NCBI GenBank assembly: GCA_026770705.1
Contig: JANJGN010000034.1
Location: forward strand, 3,348,001-3,412,000
DNA from: Isurus oxyrinchus
Taxonomy: Eukaryota
DNA length: 64,000 nt
Reading direction: 5' to 3'
Numbering within the stretch: the first letter of the stretch is position 1; every line of letters begins with the position of its first letter. This document shows, piece by piece, positions 1-13,800 of this stretch. The position numbers and the translations under genes were made by a program. The notes beneath the pieces are model-generated. The model did not search any database and was not told the origin of the DNA. It saw nothing but the letters and a program-made list of their open reading frames with translations.

Positions 1-1985
1 TCATGCCTGATAAGTTTCTCAACCACTCTCTCCCGCCTTCTCCCCATAACGTTTAATATCCTTACCAATCAAGAACCTATCTATCTCAGAATAAATACAC
101 TCAATGACGTGGCCTCCATAGCCTTCTGTGGCAATGAATTCCATTGGTTCACCACTCTGTGGCTAAAGGAGCTTCTCATCATCTCTGTTCTAAGAGGTCT
201 TCCCTTTATTCTGAGGCTGTGCCCCCGGGTCCTGGTTTATCCTACTAATGGAAACATCTTCCCATGCCCACTCTATCCAGGCCTTTCAGTATTCTTTAAG
301 TTTCAATCAGATCCCCAATCATCCTTCTAAACTCCATCGAATATAGACCAGAGTCCTCAAACATTCCTCATATGTTAAGCCTTTCAATCCTGGGATCGTC
401 CTTGTGAACCTCCACTGGACCCGCTACAGGGGCAGAACGTTCTTTCCGAGATATGGAGGTCAAGGCTGCTCACAATATTCTTAATGTGGTCTGACGAGAC
501 TCTTCTAACCAATCAGCAGCACATCCCTGCATTTGTATTCTCGTCCTCTCGAAATGACTGCCAACAATGCATTAGCCTCCCTAAATACCGACTCAACCTA
601 CAATTTAATCTAAATGAAATCCTGGACTAGCGTAGTCCAGATTCGTGAATTCTCTCTCCATTTAGAAAAAGTCTACGCCTCTTTGCTTCCTACCAAAGTG
701 AATGACCTCACACTTCCCCACGTTCCATTGCAGCTGACACTTCTTTGCCAATTCTCATAACCTGTCAAAATCCTTCTGCAGCCTCCCTGCCTCTTCATAC
801 TACCTTTCCCTCTACCTGTCTATGCATCATCTGCAAACTTGGCCAGGATGCCCTCAGTTCCTTCACCTAGATCATTAATGGAAAAGTGAAAAGCTGTGGT
901 CCCAAACCTGACCCCTGCGGAACTCCACTAGTCACCAGCCGCCATCCTGAGAAGGACCCTCTTAACCCCAATCTCTGCCTCCTGTCATACAGCCAATATT
1001 CTATCCATGCTGGTACCTTGCCTCTAGCACCATGAGGCTGTTATCTTACTGAGCTGCCTCCTCTTTGACACCTTGTCAAAGGCCTTCTGGAAGTCCAAGT
1101 AGATACCATCCATTGGCTCTCCATTGTCTATCCTACTCATTACCTCCTCAAAGAATTTTAAAAGATTTGTCAGGCATCACCTCCCCTTGATGAAAGCATG
1201 CTGTCTTTGCTCAATTTTACCATGCACTTCCATGTATTCTGAAAGCTTATCCTTAATAATGGATTCTAAAATATTATGAACGACCGAGTTCAGGCTGATC
1301 GGCGAGTAATTTCCGTTCTCTTGCCTCAATCCTTTCTTAAACAGTGGGACTCCAGCAGCGATGTTACAGTCCTCTAGGATGCTCCCTGACTCTAGTGATT
1401 CCTGAAAGATCACCTCCACGTTTTCTTCAGCTCTCTCCTTCAGAACTCTGGGGTGTAATCCATCTGGTCTAGGTTATTTATCCACCTTCAGAACTTTCAG
1501 TTTTCCTATCACCTTCTCCTTCGTAATGGCCACCATACTCACCTCTGCCCCCCACCCCCAACTCCCCCCCACCCTGACTCGCTTGAACTTTTGGGATGTT
1601 ACTCGTGTTTTTCACTGTGAAGACTGATGCAAAGTACCTATTCAGTCTGTCCGGAATTTTTTTCTTCCACACTTCTACTTCTCCAGAGTAATTTTCCAAA
1701 TTCCCAATGTGCACTTTTGCGTCTCACTTACAATTTATATATCTAAAAAAACCTCTTGCAATCTTCTTTTATATTACTGGCTAGTTTATCCTCATATTTA
1801 ATCTTCTCGTTCCTCATTTATTTTTTAGTTGTCCTCTGTTGCTCTTTATAGGCTTCCCAATCCATTGGTTTCCCACTGCTCTTTGCTGCATTGTACGCTT
1901 TCACTTTAGATTTTAATGGTATCCCTGACTTCCCATGTGAGCCATGGTTGCCTTGTCCTCGTTTTTGGTATGTTTTTTCTTCGTA
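1..1985 (-). mobile_element. CR1-clade LINE, 5'-truncated ORF2 (RT and 3' region), runs off window start
   Basis: ORF 1177-1419 (PLFKKG..GNYSPISLNSVV..ILESIIKD..QHAFIKGR); colinear with 60620-62555. Confidence 0.95.
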
Positions 1986-1999
1986 GGGACGAAGAATTA

Positions 2000-2770
2000 G
2001 ATGAAGTTAAAAGGGATAGAATGTGATTAGTTCAGGGGGGTTAAAAAGATCATCCTGAACAAGAGAGTGCAGCATGAGAAATGAGCTACCGTTGGTTGTT
2101 TGAAGAGACAAATAAGGAGGAGTGTGAACAGAGCTGGAATGAGATGATGGAGAAGACTGGCTATGGGGAAAACACTGTTAAGAAAATCGGGCTGGCGAGT
2201 GCAAAGTGAATCACAGACTAACAGAACTGTAACTGCACAGAAGAAGGTGATTTGACTCATTGTATGTGCACCGGCTCTCCAAATGAACTTTGTGACCTAT
2301 TGTCATTGCACGGTCTTTTCCCCGTACCCCATGCACATTGTTTATATTCAAACCATCAGCTAATGTCCGCTTGAATGCTTCGGCTGAACCTGCCCTGAAC
2401 CTACTTGCAAAGACTGCATTCCAGGCCCTAACCATTCAGTCTGTGAAAATGATTATTTTCTCAAGCCACCTATGCTTCCTTTGCAAAACATTTTCAGTCA
2501 TTGCCCTTTCATGCTTGATTCATTTTGCCAGCGGGAACAGTTTCTGCCCATCTACACTGTCCAGCCCTCTCATGGTTTTGAACATCTCTATCAAATCTCC
2601 TCTTGCCCTTCTTCTATCCAAGGAGAACAGTCCCAACCTCTCCAAACTATATTCGTAACTCTTTCTGTCAACCCTGGAACCATTCTTGTAAAACTTGTTT
2701 TACACTCTTCTTCAATGTTTTCACAGCCTTCCCTTAATGTTGCACTCAGAACAGTTCACACTACTCCAGC
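2000..2770. mobile_element. Two CR1 3'-tail fragments in opposite orientations (+ about 2000-2240, - about 2250-2770)
   Basis: Minus-strand MVRAWNAV..AGSAEAFKRTL motif typical of the CR1 ORF2 C-terminus. Confidence 0.75.
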
Positions 2771-2799
2771 TATTGTTATTGTTATGTCAATACTGTCTG

Positions 2800-3800
2800 A
2801 TAGCGCTTTTGACGACACTTTCTAGCACTGTTCTGATTATCATATGTTATTGGTGCAGTGATGCGAAGGAGAGGAACATTCTGAGCAGTATTTTACATTG
2901 CCAGTGACATACCATTGTTGCACGAAAATTGTTTGCAAAAGGTTGTGACGAGTTTCTTTCAGCACTATGGCTTGTATATTTTCAGTGACTCAAGGCCTTT
3001 GCTGTGTTCTATGCACCATGACCTTATTACGTGCAGTGAATCGATATATGGCGTTGGGGGCTCATGAGAAAATCGAGATCATCCATAGATATTTATTCCT
3101 GAAGATGTTTGCAAATGCTTCACCATTGTCTTTTTCCCGTCCTTTTGGGCTAAGCCAATATGAATGATGGAAGTATTCAAACTGTAACTTTCTTGCTTTT
3201 CTTGTTTCTCATCCACTGTCCTTCATGATTGGATGTGGCACGAAGTTTGAACTGAACTGTTGGTTATGCGACTAAATCAATCAATCCACTGAATACTGTT
3301 TCACTGTCTGAGATTCTGCAGTTCTGTATTGTCGCTTCACAAATTTGGCACCACATTTTTATGCATGACTGACATTCTCTCTATGACGCTTCACATTACA
3401 CGTCTGGTGACCACTGACCTAAATGAAACGCTGGAATACGGCGCTGTGAGGATATAGCTGGTGGATGAAGGCAATATCTGTTACTGCTAATTGTCTGTAG
3501 AAGTCATGGTAATTCGCCTTGAACATCCATATGTTTTGTGTCCCCGATGCATTTTGGTGGCAGCATGGCAGTAATCGACGGTTTATATAGTCAGTTTGAA
3601 TAAGGGCTTTAGTCTCTGTCAGAGCTGTGCAACTAATAGCCTACCAATACTGCCATGTTTCATGCATCGACAACAGCTACGTTGATGAGATTGTGTTCAA
3701 GTAAGAATTAACCACTTGTTTGATATTCTCCCAATGTCATCCAGTGCATTCTAGATACATTTTCTTCAGGATGCAGGGAGCCATTCAGTTTTGGTGCTGC
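2800..3800 (+). mobile_element. Ancient non-LTR RT relic (RTE/L2-like)
   Basis: SVTQGLCCVLCTMTL ... KMFANAS resembles degenerate GVxQGCVLxPxLF ... FADD motifs with plausible spacing. Confidence 0.4.
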
Positions 3801-5479
3801 TAACAGATTCATGTCCTCTAAAATCTCCCTAACATCAGTACATTCTGTATTACCCTCGCTGCTTCTTACAAGTGGCAATCAATATGGAGGAGCACTCATT
3901 CCTCGGTTGAGGGAGAGCGGTATTTTGTAAGATGCAGGGAATTTGTAACCTGTGCCTGACCTGGTGCATCAGACCCCGTCAGATCGAAAGATTTCCATTA
4001 TTAAAAAAAAACATTTGTGAACCAGGTGTGTTTACACCACAATCTTTGCATTCCTATCATTTCATTTCTATTGTTATCTGCATTCTGATGAAATATCACT
4101 TTCAGCACATTCGCTATTTTATTGCAGGATTCTTTGTTTCATTTTCAATGCTTCCCAGCTAATTCACTCTCTATCAATAACAGTGACTTTAGTTGCTCTA
4201 CTCTCTATATATGCAAAGAGTCTCAATCTGTATAAGATAAGCTCGATCACTTTCATTTTTAAAAGTCTACAACAAATGAACATTTTCTAACTCTTTCCAG
4301 TATCAGTATATTTTCGTTCATATGCATTAATACAATTTGGTACCTATGTCGTTAAGCTCCAGTAATATGCATTGATTACAGCTGTTTCACCTTATAAACC
4401 TTATCAATCATTACCATTATCACTTGTTTCATTCCCTTTGTCTTCACAGTCTTTTCAGAGCCTACTGTGTAACCATGTCAGTGCTTTAAAGGTCCATATA
4501 TTTGAGCTTGCTCTTACTATATCCCTTTGAACAGGCCGCGGATTCTGTCCCCATCAATATTAGCTCATAAGTTGTGTATCGATGTCAATTCCTCCGCTCT
4601 ATAAGATCGTGAAACATTTCTGCCATGTCTCAATAGCCATGACATCACCCTACACGTTTATCAGCTCGTCCTGTTCAGGTAAAAAAGCCACATTTTACAT
4701 AGGGCCTCGTTACAGACAGTGCCATGATCTATCGCTACCGTCCTTCACCTTCTCTAACCATGTCATCTCTTTTGTCTGATTCATGGCGTTGTTTTCAAGC
4801 TCTACCCATAACATTTTTTTAACTTCCAATAAGCGAACTGTTTCCACTCTGCAATATTCTCAATCCTTTCACATGTTCAGACTTTCCATACTATAGTTTT
4901 AAACTGAAAATTGTCTAACACTCATAGAAGTTTTGCGCCTCCCCCCGCACCCCCCCTCCCGCCCCGCCCCCCGAAGTTTCTTCAGTTATCATAGAGCAGT
5001 TGCATTTTAATGGTGTCCTTTTTTGTGCTGGCAGATGTCAAATGAATAAATCAAGTATGTCTGCAATGACATCAGGATGAGGGACGTATTTATACCAGAT
5101 AAGCAGAACTCTGCCCTGCGCTATTTGGAAGTTCGATTGTGCTTTAATGTGGGAGAATTAGATTTGTCGCCAATCAAATTCATGAAATGGGTACTTAGGT
5201 GTGGATTACAATGAGGACAACCAGGGAGTAAATGAAGATATAAGGCCTCTGATTTCATAATCTTTGGCATCTTCGCTCTGCCCCACTACCCAAAGTAGTA
5301 AAAGGGCAAAAAAATCTCGAGGCGTGGTTCGAAACATTGTGATATAATGTAGTGCTTAAGACTCTTGGCGCATGTGAACAATTCTGGTGAAGGAGGTACC
5401 AATTCAAAAATGAGGCTTTTCCCTCTACAGGGCTGGGAAAAAATCCAAATTTGGTTCATTAGTGTAGATGGAAAAGCTT

Positions 5480-7760
5480 AATCAATTTCAAATTAAGCTG
5501 GAAGGTGCATGGGTGCCTCCATATATTAGTTGCAAGCAAAAATGAAGTGCATAAGGAGTGTTAGTGCTGTGTGCAACCTGAGAAGGAAGCTTGATCACAC
5601 GTTATAGATATAAATTAATAAAAAGGGCTACGTGGAAACGTCGAATACAAGAGCGTTTTTAGAAGTCATGAATGTGGAGACTGTGGTGAATACGATTGTT
5701 GAGTTATAAGCACAGCATTTGGTTATCTAAGGCAGTGAAATTACTAATGCTTGACATAAAATGGGGAGGAAAATGATCTTAACATTTGATGATGCAAATT
5801 GTTAAGTAAGTGTGCAGAAGAGAAATAGGGAGTTGCCATGGCAGTACAATTAGGAAAGACATAATAGTATGGGAAAGTACTGGTAGCGACAAAAACATAA
5901 TTCGTTAGCTTTAAGTTGAGTATTTTTATGAAGACCTCCAATTAGGATGGGGGAGAAATGGTGAAGCACCGAAATTACAGACATGTGCAAGAATGATAAA
6001 GTGGCCATATTACCTGGGGCCAGGGAAAGGAATTGATGGAGTAGGTGGCGATGATTTTATTTACCACTCATTGATTGGGATGATATTAGAGTGAAGTGCA
6101 CCGTGGTGAAAAAGTTCCGAAATATGTCCACGAGAATGTCCTTGAACACTATCATATTAGTACTACAATTCCACTGGCATTGCTTTATCTGGTGCTTGGC
6201 AATGAGGTCAGCCACGTGCAACAATTTCTTGCAAATGGAGAGGCACAAGAAATAACCGAAGGTGGAACTTATTTTAGTTGCAGAACGACTATTTTCATTG
6301 GGCTCAGTGCTGACACAGGCATGTTAAAAAGTATCCTAACAGGAAAAGGAGTAACGGAACCATGGATGACCCAAAAGGAGCATATGGTTTAAACATCTGC
6401 CTTATACGAACGGTTACGAATGAGAAAGTTAAGGAAAATAAAATAAGACTTGCTTGAATGAAACAGGCATAGGTAATAAAATAAAACAAAATGAGGGCTT
6501 ATAATACATACTAGTTGAATTCTTTAAGTGAGAACAAGATCCAACAATTTACAATAAGAGCTTAAAGTACAGGGCAAAAAAATTCTGACAGACCAAGAAT
6601 ATGATAATATAATGACAGCCAGGATAATAGGCAGCAATGAAATCCTCTGTGAATATTCACATAACAAAGGTGTCACAGCTCGTGGAATGTCGCAAATGAG
6701 GGATATGGAATGTGACATATGTTGAGAGTGGTATGTGACGTTAGAATACTTCAGGAGAGCTTTTCATCCGTGAATACTAAATAGGAGAATGCTCACAATT
6801 AATCTGTAGAATAATAAACAAGATGGTTCGGGTGTCAGCTAATAGCTAGGATGGAAATATAGGGCTGGCTGTGCTTAGATTGGAAATATTGCCTGTGCCT
6901 TGTAGTTAGCATCTTATATATCAAAGAAAGGCACAGTGGGGATAGCAAAAGTACTTGCAAAAATTTTCAAAATTGCTATAGATACGGGGGACAGTAGTTA
7001 ACAGAGAAAATGGATTTAGGACTTTGTAAATATAATTATTCTGTGCAGAAACAGATTAAACTGCTAAACCACTATATCAACTATCTTCAAGCCACAACTA
7101 AATATTTGTATCCAGGTCTGGTTGCTAAACATTAGGAAGGATATGACGTCATTGAAAGGACGCAGAGGAGATTTAGCAGAATCGTTTCAGGAATGAAGGC
7201 TTTTAGCTACACGATATTGGAGAGATGCTCAATTCGTTCTCCCTGGACGTAAATGCATTGATTGGACATTTTAAGGAATTGCCTAGGATTGTGGTAGATT
7301 ATGTAACGTGGTATGAAAAACTGTTGGTTTTCGGTGTTTGCCCAAATACTGGGAGGCACAAAATTAATTGTTTCACATGACATGTGGTGGGAGGGCGGAG
7401 AGGGTCTGTTTTGTTACGCAGTGAGTGTGAATGACCAGGAGACCGATTTTGCAAGAGTAATGGAAACATAGACGATAAATGACAGCAAAGATAAATTGGA
7501 TGTCCAGTTGTGGAAAAAAACTTGTGATAGGGTGACGGAGACAGAATTGAGAAATCAGCATATATGATGGCCTATGGAACACAAACATGCATTCAATGCG
7601 TCTGCCTACATCCTTCTATGCCTCAAGGACTCTGACCCTACTTGTGGTAGGGTGACGGAGACAGCATTGAGAAATCAGCATACCTGATGTCCTATGGAAC
7701 ACAATCATACATTCAATGGGTCTGACTACCTCCTTCTAAACCTCAAGGACTCTGACATTA
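5480..7760 (+). mobile_element. Highly decayed CR1 ORF2 and 3' tail
   Basis: Residual CR1 motifs at 6350-6480 (PWMT) and 7110-7500 (LxxxQRRFxRxVxGM; FFTQRVV-like). Confidence 0.7.
7521..7757 (+). repeat. 120-bp tandem direct repeat, 2 copies
   Basis: cttgtgatagggtgacggagacag...cctcaaggactctgac at 7521 and again at 7641. Confidence 0.95.
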
Positions 7761-7784
7761 AATTCAAACACAGTACTGTTTTAC

Positions 7785-7811
7785 CTATCTCTTTTGCAAG
7801 TAGTGATTTCG
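7785..7811 (-). CDS. Micro-exon, 27 nt, AKSLLAKEI
   Basis: ttctgttatttcttttcag|CGAAATCACTACTTGCAAAAGAGATAG|gtaaaa. Confidence 0.88.
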   Translation of the reverse strand, partial: RNHYLQKR

Positions 7812-10800
7812 CTGAAAAGAAATAACAGAATTAGCAGAACAGTCCTCGATGTGGCCATTCTCCTGAATATAAAAGCAAGTCGAGCATTTTAGTATGTGAT
7901 AGAACCAAAAGGCGCAGGCAATTATCTGTGCTGAAAGTGAATCTGCTTCCACCTTGCCTCTCCTGAAACCAGTGGATTAATTAATGCTGCGATGTTAGAG
8001 GATAATAGCTGTGAAATTTATTGGGCTGTCACAGAACACTGAGTAGCATGGACAGCATAGTAAAATCGATAGGACTTATTGACTAGTCCACGTTGATATT
8101 GCTCACGTGGAATTAAAGCATGCATTATTTTTATTGTTGCAGGAAGCATTGCCTCTGTATAACACGTTTGGCAAGTGTATTTTTTAAAAGAATCAGAAGC
8201 ATAACAAGGCATCTCGCAGCTGATATTGAACCAAACTGCTCTCTGTCAGGTAATGGAAACTGTGATGTGGTTATCTTATTTACACAGATGCCCATTCAGT
8301 TGAATGAATTGGTGTACAGTAAACACGTAACTAATCAATGACATTGAAGTGTTCTCACATACAGCAAGCAACTAAGTCAAAGACAATACCAACATTCTTG
8401 ATTATTTTTCATTTCCTACTGTCGAAATAGAGTGCTATCATCGATGAATTTGGAAGCAAAGAGAAAGAAAAAAAGGTCGAAATTTAGAAAAAAAATGATT
8501 CTGTGTTGTTCAGAATACTTACAATCATTGAATGAATAGAGAATTGTTTTCTAAGACCAGCGAGATCTTTGAACACAAGAACATAAGGCATTGAAGCAGG
8601 ACGAGACCTGTCGTCCAATCGAGCCTACACTTCCGTGGTTAATGTGATGCCTGGTATGACTGTGGCCGGAACTCCACTTTGCATAAAGATTGGCTGCGTT
8701 ATATGTCGAGACATGGTTTCAAACAGTCTTAAATATTTAATAAATGAGCCTCCTTTTTTTGCTGTGGTAGAGAATTCGTATGACTGACTGCTCTTTGAGA
8801 GAAGAAAATTATCCTAATCTCTGGGTTAAAGAAGATTTGCCTTAATTTCAAACTGTGCCACTTATTTCCAATATTCTCCCATGAGGATAAACTTATTCTC
8901 TGTAGCCACCCCGTGAAAGACAGATAGGCAGTCGGATAGACATTCAGACAGGCAGACATATTGATGGGTATTTATATATTGAGGTAGTTCGTTAGACATA
9001 CAAATACATAGATTGATAGATAGACATTTAGCTAGACAGATAGATAGATAGATAGATAGATGGATATATAAATAGCTAGACTGACTGNNNNNNNNNNNNN
9101 NNNNNNNNNNNNNNNNNNNNNNNNNNNNNNNNNNNNNNNNNNNNNNNNNNNNNNNNNNNNNNNNNNNNNNNNNNNNNNNNNNNNNNNNNNNNNNNNNNNN
9201 NNNNNNNNNNNNNNNNNAGAAGGAAAGACGGACTGGTGAACAGACAGGCATATTGACAAAGAGAGGGTCAGGCAGAGGAATTTATCGAGGTATGAAGGTA
9301 TCTAGATAGGTGTTCAGGAGACTGGTATAACCTTTAGAAATCACCAAGCCAACAAAATACGTCATTTTCTGTAACAAAAACAGAATTAGCTGGAAAAACC
9401 CAGCAGGTCTGGCAGCATCGGCGGAGAAAAAAATAGTTTCACGTTTCAAGTCCTCATTACCCTTCAGCACAACTGATTGAATATAAGAAGAGGGGTGCAA
9501 TATAAATGGTTTAAGGAAGGGGGTGTGGGGCAGTGGTGTGAGAGAAGCGGCGTGGCGGTGTTGTAGTTGTAAGCAGAAGCAAGCAGTGATAAAAACAGAA
9601 AATCAAAAGTTGTCACCGACAAAGGAACAAACAAGTGTTGAAGGTGGTGACATTATCTAAACGAATGTGCTAATTAAGAATGGATGGCAGGGCACTCAAG
9701 GTACTGCTCTAGTGGAGGTGGGCTGGAAGGACTAGCCGGGCATACAAAATTTAAAAATAATGAAAATAGGTGGAAAAAGAACAATCTATCTAAATTATTG
9801 GAAAAAACAAAAAGGGAGAAGAAACGGAAAGGGGGTGGGGATGGAGGAGAGAGCTCAAGATCTAAAATTGTTGAATTCAATATTCAGTCAAGAAGGCTGT
9901 AAAGTGCCTAGTCAGAAGATGAGGTGCTGTTCCTCCATTTGGAGTTGGGCTCCCTCCTCCATCCCCACCCCCTTTCCGTTTCTTCCCCCTTCCTTTTGTT
10001 TTTTCCAATAATTTATATAGATTTTTGTTTTTCCTCCTATTTCCATTATTTTTAAATCTTGTTTGCCCTTCTAGTCAATCCAACCCACCCCCACAGGAGC
10101 TTTAACTTGAGTGCCCTGGCATCCATTCTCAATTAGCACATTCGTTTAGATAATATCACCACCTTCAACACTTCTTTTGTCCTTTGTCTGGGACATCTTT
10201 TGATTATCTGCTCCTATCACTGTTTGCTTGTCCCTACAACCACACCACCCCACCCCCATTTCTTTCCCCCATCCCCCCGCCCCCTACCTCCCGCCTTAAA
10301 CCAGCTTATATTTCACCCCTCTTCTAATATTCAATCAGTTGTGCTGAGGGGTGATGAGGACCCAAAAAGTCAACTCTTTTATTTTCCGCCGATGCTGCCA
10401 GACCTGCTGAGTTTTTCCACGTTATTCTTTTTTTGTTTTGGATTTCCAGCATCCACAGTATATTGTTTTTATATCTACATGATATTCTGTGTATATCTGC
10501 CCAGTAGTTATCAGACATTTTGATTGCAATGCAATCTGATATTGTTAGTGTATGGCATAAACGCCAGTGTCAGATGATTACTGTCTGTGAGGAAATATTT
10601 TAGCTGCGGTTTGATCTTCCTGGAAGTATTAATCTGTTCCTCACATTCATGTCTTGCCTTGGTGATGAACGTTATATGTAATTAATGGACAAGCACGTTA
10701 AAACTCAATGATCAAATGAATTAGCCGAAGAAAGGCTCTATGACACAAATCAATGAATCAAACTGTTTACCTGATGATTGAAGAAGTTCTTCAAGTTCTT

Positions 10801-13800
10801 TTCAGAACAATAAAGGGAAAATTAGTGCAAAATTAACAGAGTTCGACGCAAACATTAAAATGCAATTTCTCCATTGCACAGGAAATTAATTTAATTAATT
10901 TTCCTCGCGAATCACATCCTGCATGGTTGGATAATCATTGGCTCGGCTCCTAAATTAAAAATATATTGAATATCCATTATATGGAAGGACTGCGTAAAGA
11001 AATACATTAACTGCCACTTATCAGTGCTTGCTTTACATGGCATAGCCTGCTTCTGCTGGGCAGGTTTATAGAAGACAAATATCTAATGTGTGGGCAAGAG
11101 CAGAGAGCGAGATTAGATGTGGTAAATAGGAAATCACAGAACACAGGAGGTTGGAGAAGTCGGGGAATGACGAGCATAAGCGCGTAATGGCAGCAGGGCC
11201 ACAAGGAAGCAATGAGGGGGAAGGATATCTAGGGAGAAATTGGTTATTCAGGATATAATTCTTACACATTATATTGGTGTCTGATTAGTTGGTCAATGAT
11301 ATGGCTGAGAACGGATAGTAGAGACCAGGAGTGGAATCTTCAGAATCCCAGAGGTCCGTGAACAATAGTTCAGTAAACTGTGCTCTATTACGGAAACCAA
11401 ACATAACACATATAGCATTTGGCCAGAATTAGGCAGACGAATGGGCTTATGTTGTCATTAGAAATGAGGTAAAATGAACAACATCACATCCATCACCGTT
11501 AGGCATGCTGCCCAATATTAAGACATTAGACTTCAGATGAACTGACTAACTGAACTAACTATGGGAACAGGCGTCAAAATTGCATCCAGTAAGTTAGCGT
11601 CTCCATGGGGATTGCCCATTTCAGAATCTAAATTTATGATAACATTTCCGAATTTGCTTTGCTCATCAGCGCAGCATGGCTGCTATCAACTGGAAAGGCT
11701 CTTGGGAATTCTGCCCAAAATCAAGTTCGATTAAATCAATAATTTGAAGCACCCTGGAGTTTTGAGTAACGGGTGCCTACAACAAAGCACATTTTGCATG
11801 AATTCCCTCGATGTAACTACTCCTTAAGAGGTAGTAACTTGATCACATTCATATGCATGCGCTTAAAATTTCAAACTTTTTAGATGCGGAAATTTTAGGA
11901 TGGTCAGTCATCAACCTGACTGCTTATTTTCCAATGAGTGTCACCCATTATCACTCAGCCCTCAAGTTTCTGAGTTTGCACAGCTGTCACCTCCTCTGCT
12001 ATTTGGTGTAATCGTGGATACAAAATTCATTTCAAATAAAGCTCATGTGTTTGACTTCATGATTTCCAAATATTTAATTCCCATCATCAGAGATTTAGAA
12101 CCTTCCATTGACTAACGTCATGTGCAACTAAGTAGAAATTATTCATTGTTTTTATGATTCATTGTATTGCTCAGAAAGCATTAATGATTCCAAAATTGGG
12201 CAGGTTGAAAGAAATAATTAGAATTTTTAGTCTTTTGCATGACAGTGAGGACCTCAGAGCGTTTTGCAGCTGTTCAAGTACATTTCATGTGACCTAACAG
12301 TTATGCTGCATGAAAAAAATAAATGACGACAGATTTGGCCACGCAAGAAGAAACTTGCACAAACAGTACTTTGATAGCGAAATCATAAACTGTTTGTGTT
12401 GCTGTTCTCCTTTCAATTCGTTGCCCTCCCCAGCAATCGGGGCACAGCCTGGCAGGCTGTCCTGCCATCTGCAGGTTGCGAGGCCCCCAACGGATGGTTC
12501 ACTACCCGAGACCCTCATAGATTCAGCATAGAGGGTGCCTCAAAATGTAATCCCCAGCAATAAAAGGTTAAGGTATTTCCAGGAATCCGAGACCACCTGT
12601 ATTTTCTGCGGCCTCCAGGACTCCACGTCCCAGGTTTACAATTGTTTACGAGGTTATCATTTTTATCATCATTTGTAGGCTACCCTTCAGTTGTTGGACC
12701 GAGTGCCGCCCCATAGGCTGCCGATGTTTGTCTTCCTGGTATGAAGCTGCATGGGAAGGTCACATGACCTCCTGGCGGGTCTGCTCCTGCCCCTGATCAG
12801 GGTGGCCGATATCAGGTACCAGGTTGCAGCCAATGAAGCCATTGGTTGTTCCAGGTTATCTGCTCCTATTCTGAATGCATTCAGACCTGGGTATTTTTTC
12901 TTAGTAACACTTGTGGAACATTCCACAACCAGTGGTTGCCATCGGGACTGCCTTGGATTCCCACTACCGGGGTGCACTATAATTTAATTTGCTAAGTTTC
13001 CTTACAAGATTTATCTTTATTCTTTCATTGCCCATTTAATTAGTTAATCAGTTTATATTTTCATTTTGAATTCAAAAAGAGTCATGCAGTCTGTTTTGTG
13101 ATTTTGATTAAATGGAATTCTATTGGCCAAGGTTTTATGGATATTTCAATGCTTCTTTCAAATAGTGTCAGCTAATGTTTGAAATCCAACTGAGAAGGCA
13201 GATGTGGCATCGGTTTAACACCTCATCCCATAGACAGTGTGTCCGTCATTCCAGCACGTTCTCAGTACTGTACTTGTTTAAGAGCAGCAATTGTTTGTTA
13301 CCTTTTTTACGCTCAACCAGAAGTGGGAATGGGACCAATAACCTTGTGAGTTACCGAGAAAATGATAACAACTGACAGACGGATGACATGTTACATATTG
13401 CAACATTTTAAATAGTAGTGCTTGATTCTGTTTTCTTAACTGAAAAATATGCATTCACACAATGATATGCAGTCATCTATCTGCTAGTAACTACATTCTA
13501 ACAAAATGAAGCATTTTTTGTGCTCAATGCAAACTTTGCATCCTGTATTTAACTGTTGTGACTAATAAAATAACTGGTGTTTGAAAATCCATTTCTATAT
13601 AGTATGCAATTTCTCTATGGGGGAATTAGCTCGGGTGATTTCACGAATAAAAATAAACAATGATGACATGAAAACTTGATCATAAGTTTTTCAGTGATAA
13701 CTCGCCAAAATTGAATATGCCATATTATTTAAAACAAAAGCAGAAGCAGAAATATCTGGAAAAACTCAGCAGGTCTGGCAGCATCGGCGGTAAAAAGCGC

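Noticed and set aside
2967-3167. ORF with AVNRYMAL resembling a GPCR (D/N)RY motif, with a hydrophobic stretch upstream
   Set aside because: No other TM helices in register; flanking motifs fit a decayed RT (QGCVL...FADD) better.
8523-8550. Segment with a gtaagt donor between the last two exons
   Set aside because: 28 nt (not 3n) with a weak acceptor.
12400-12990. GC-richer block with overlapping ORFs on both strands (possible promoter or MITE)
   Set aside because: No clear terminal inverted repeats, CpG-island density or protein motif visible; left unclassified.
13535-13561. 27-nt in-frame candidate VTTVKYRMQ
   Set aside because: Donor gtttgc is too weak to support.
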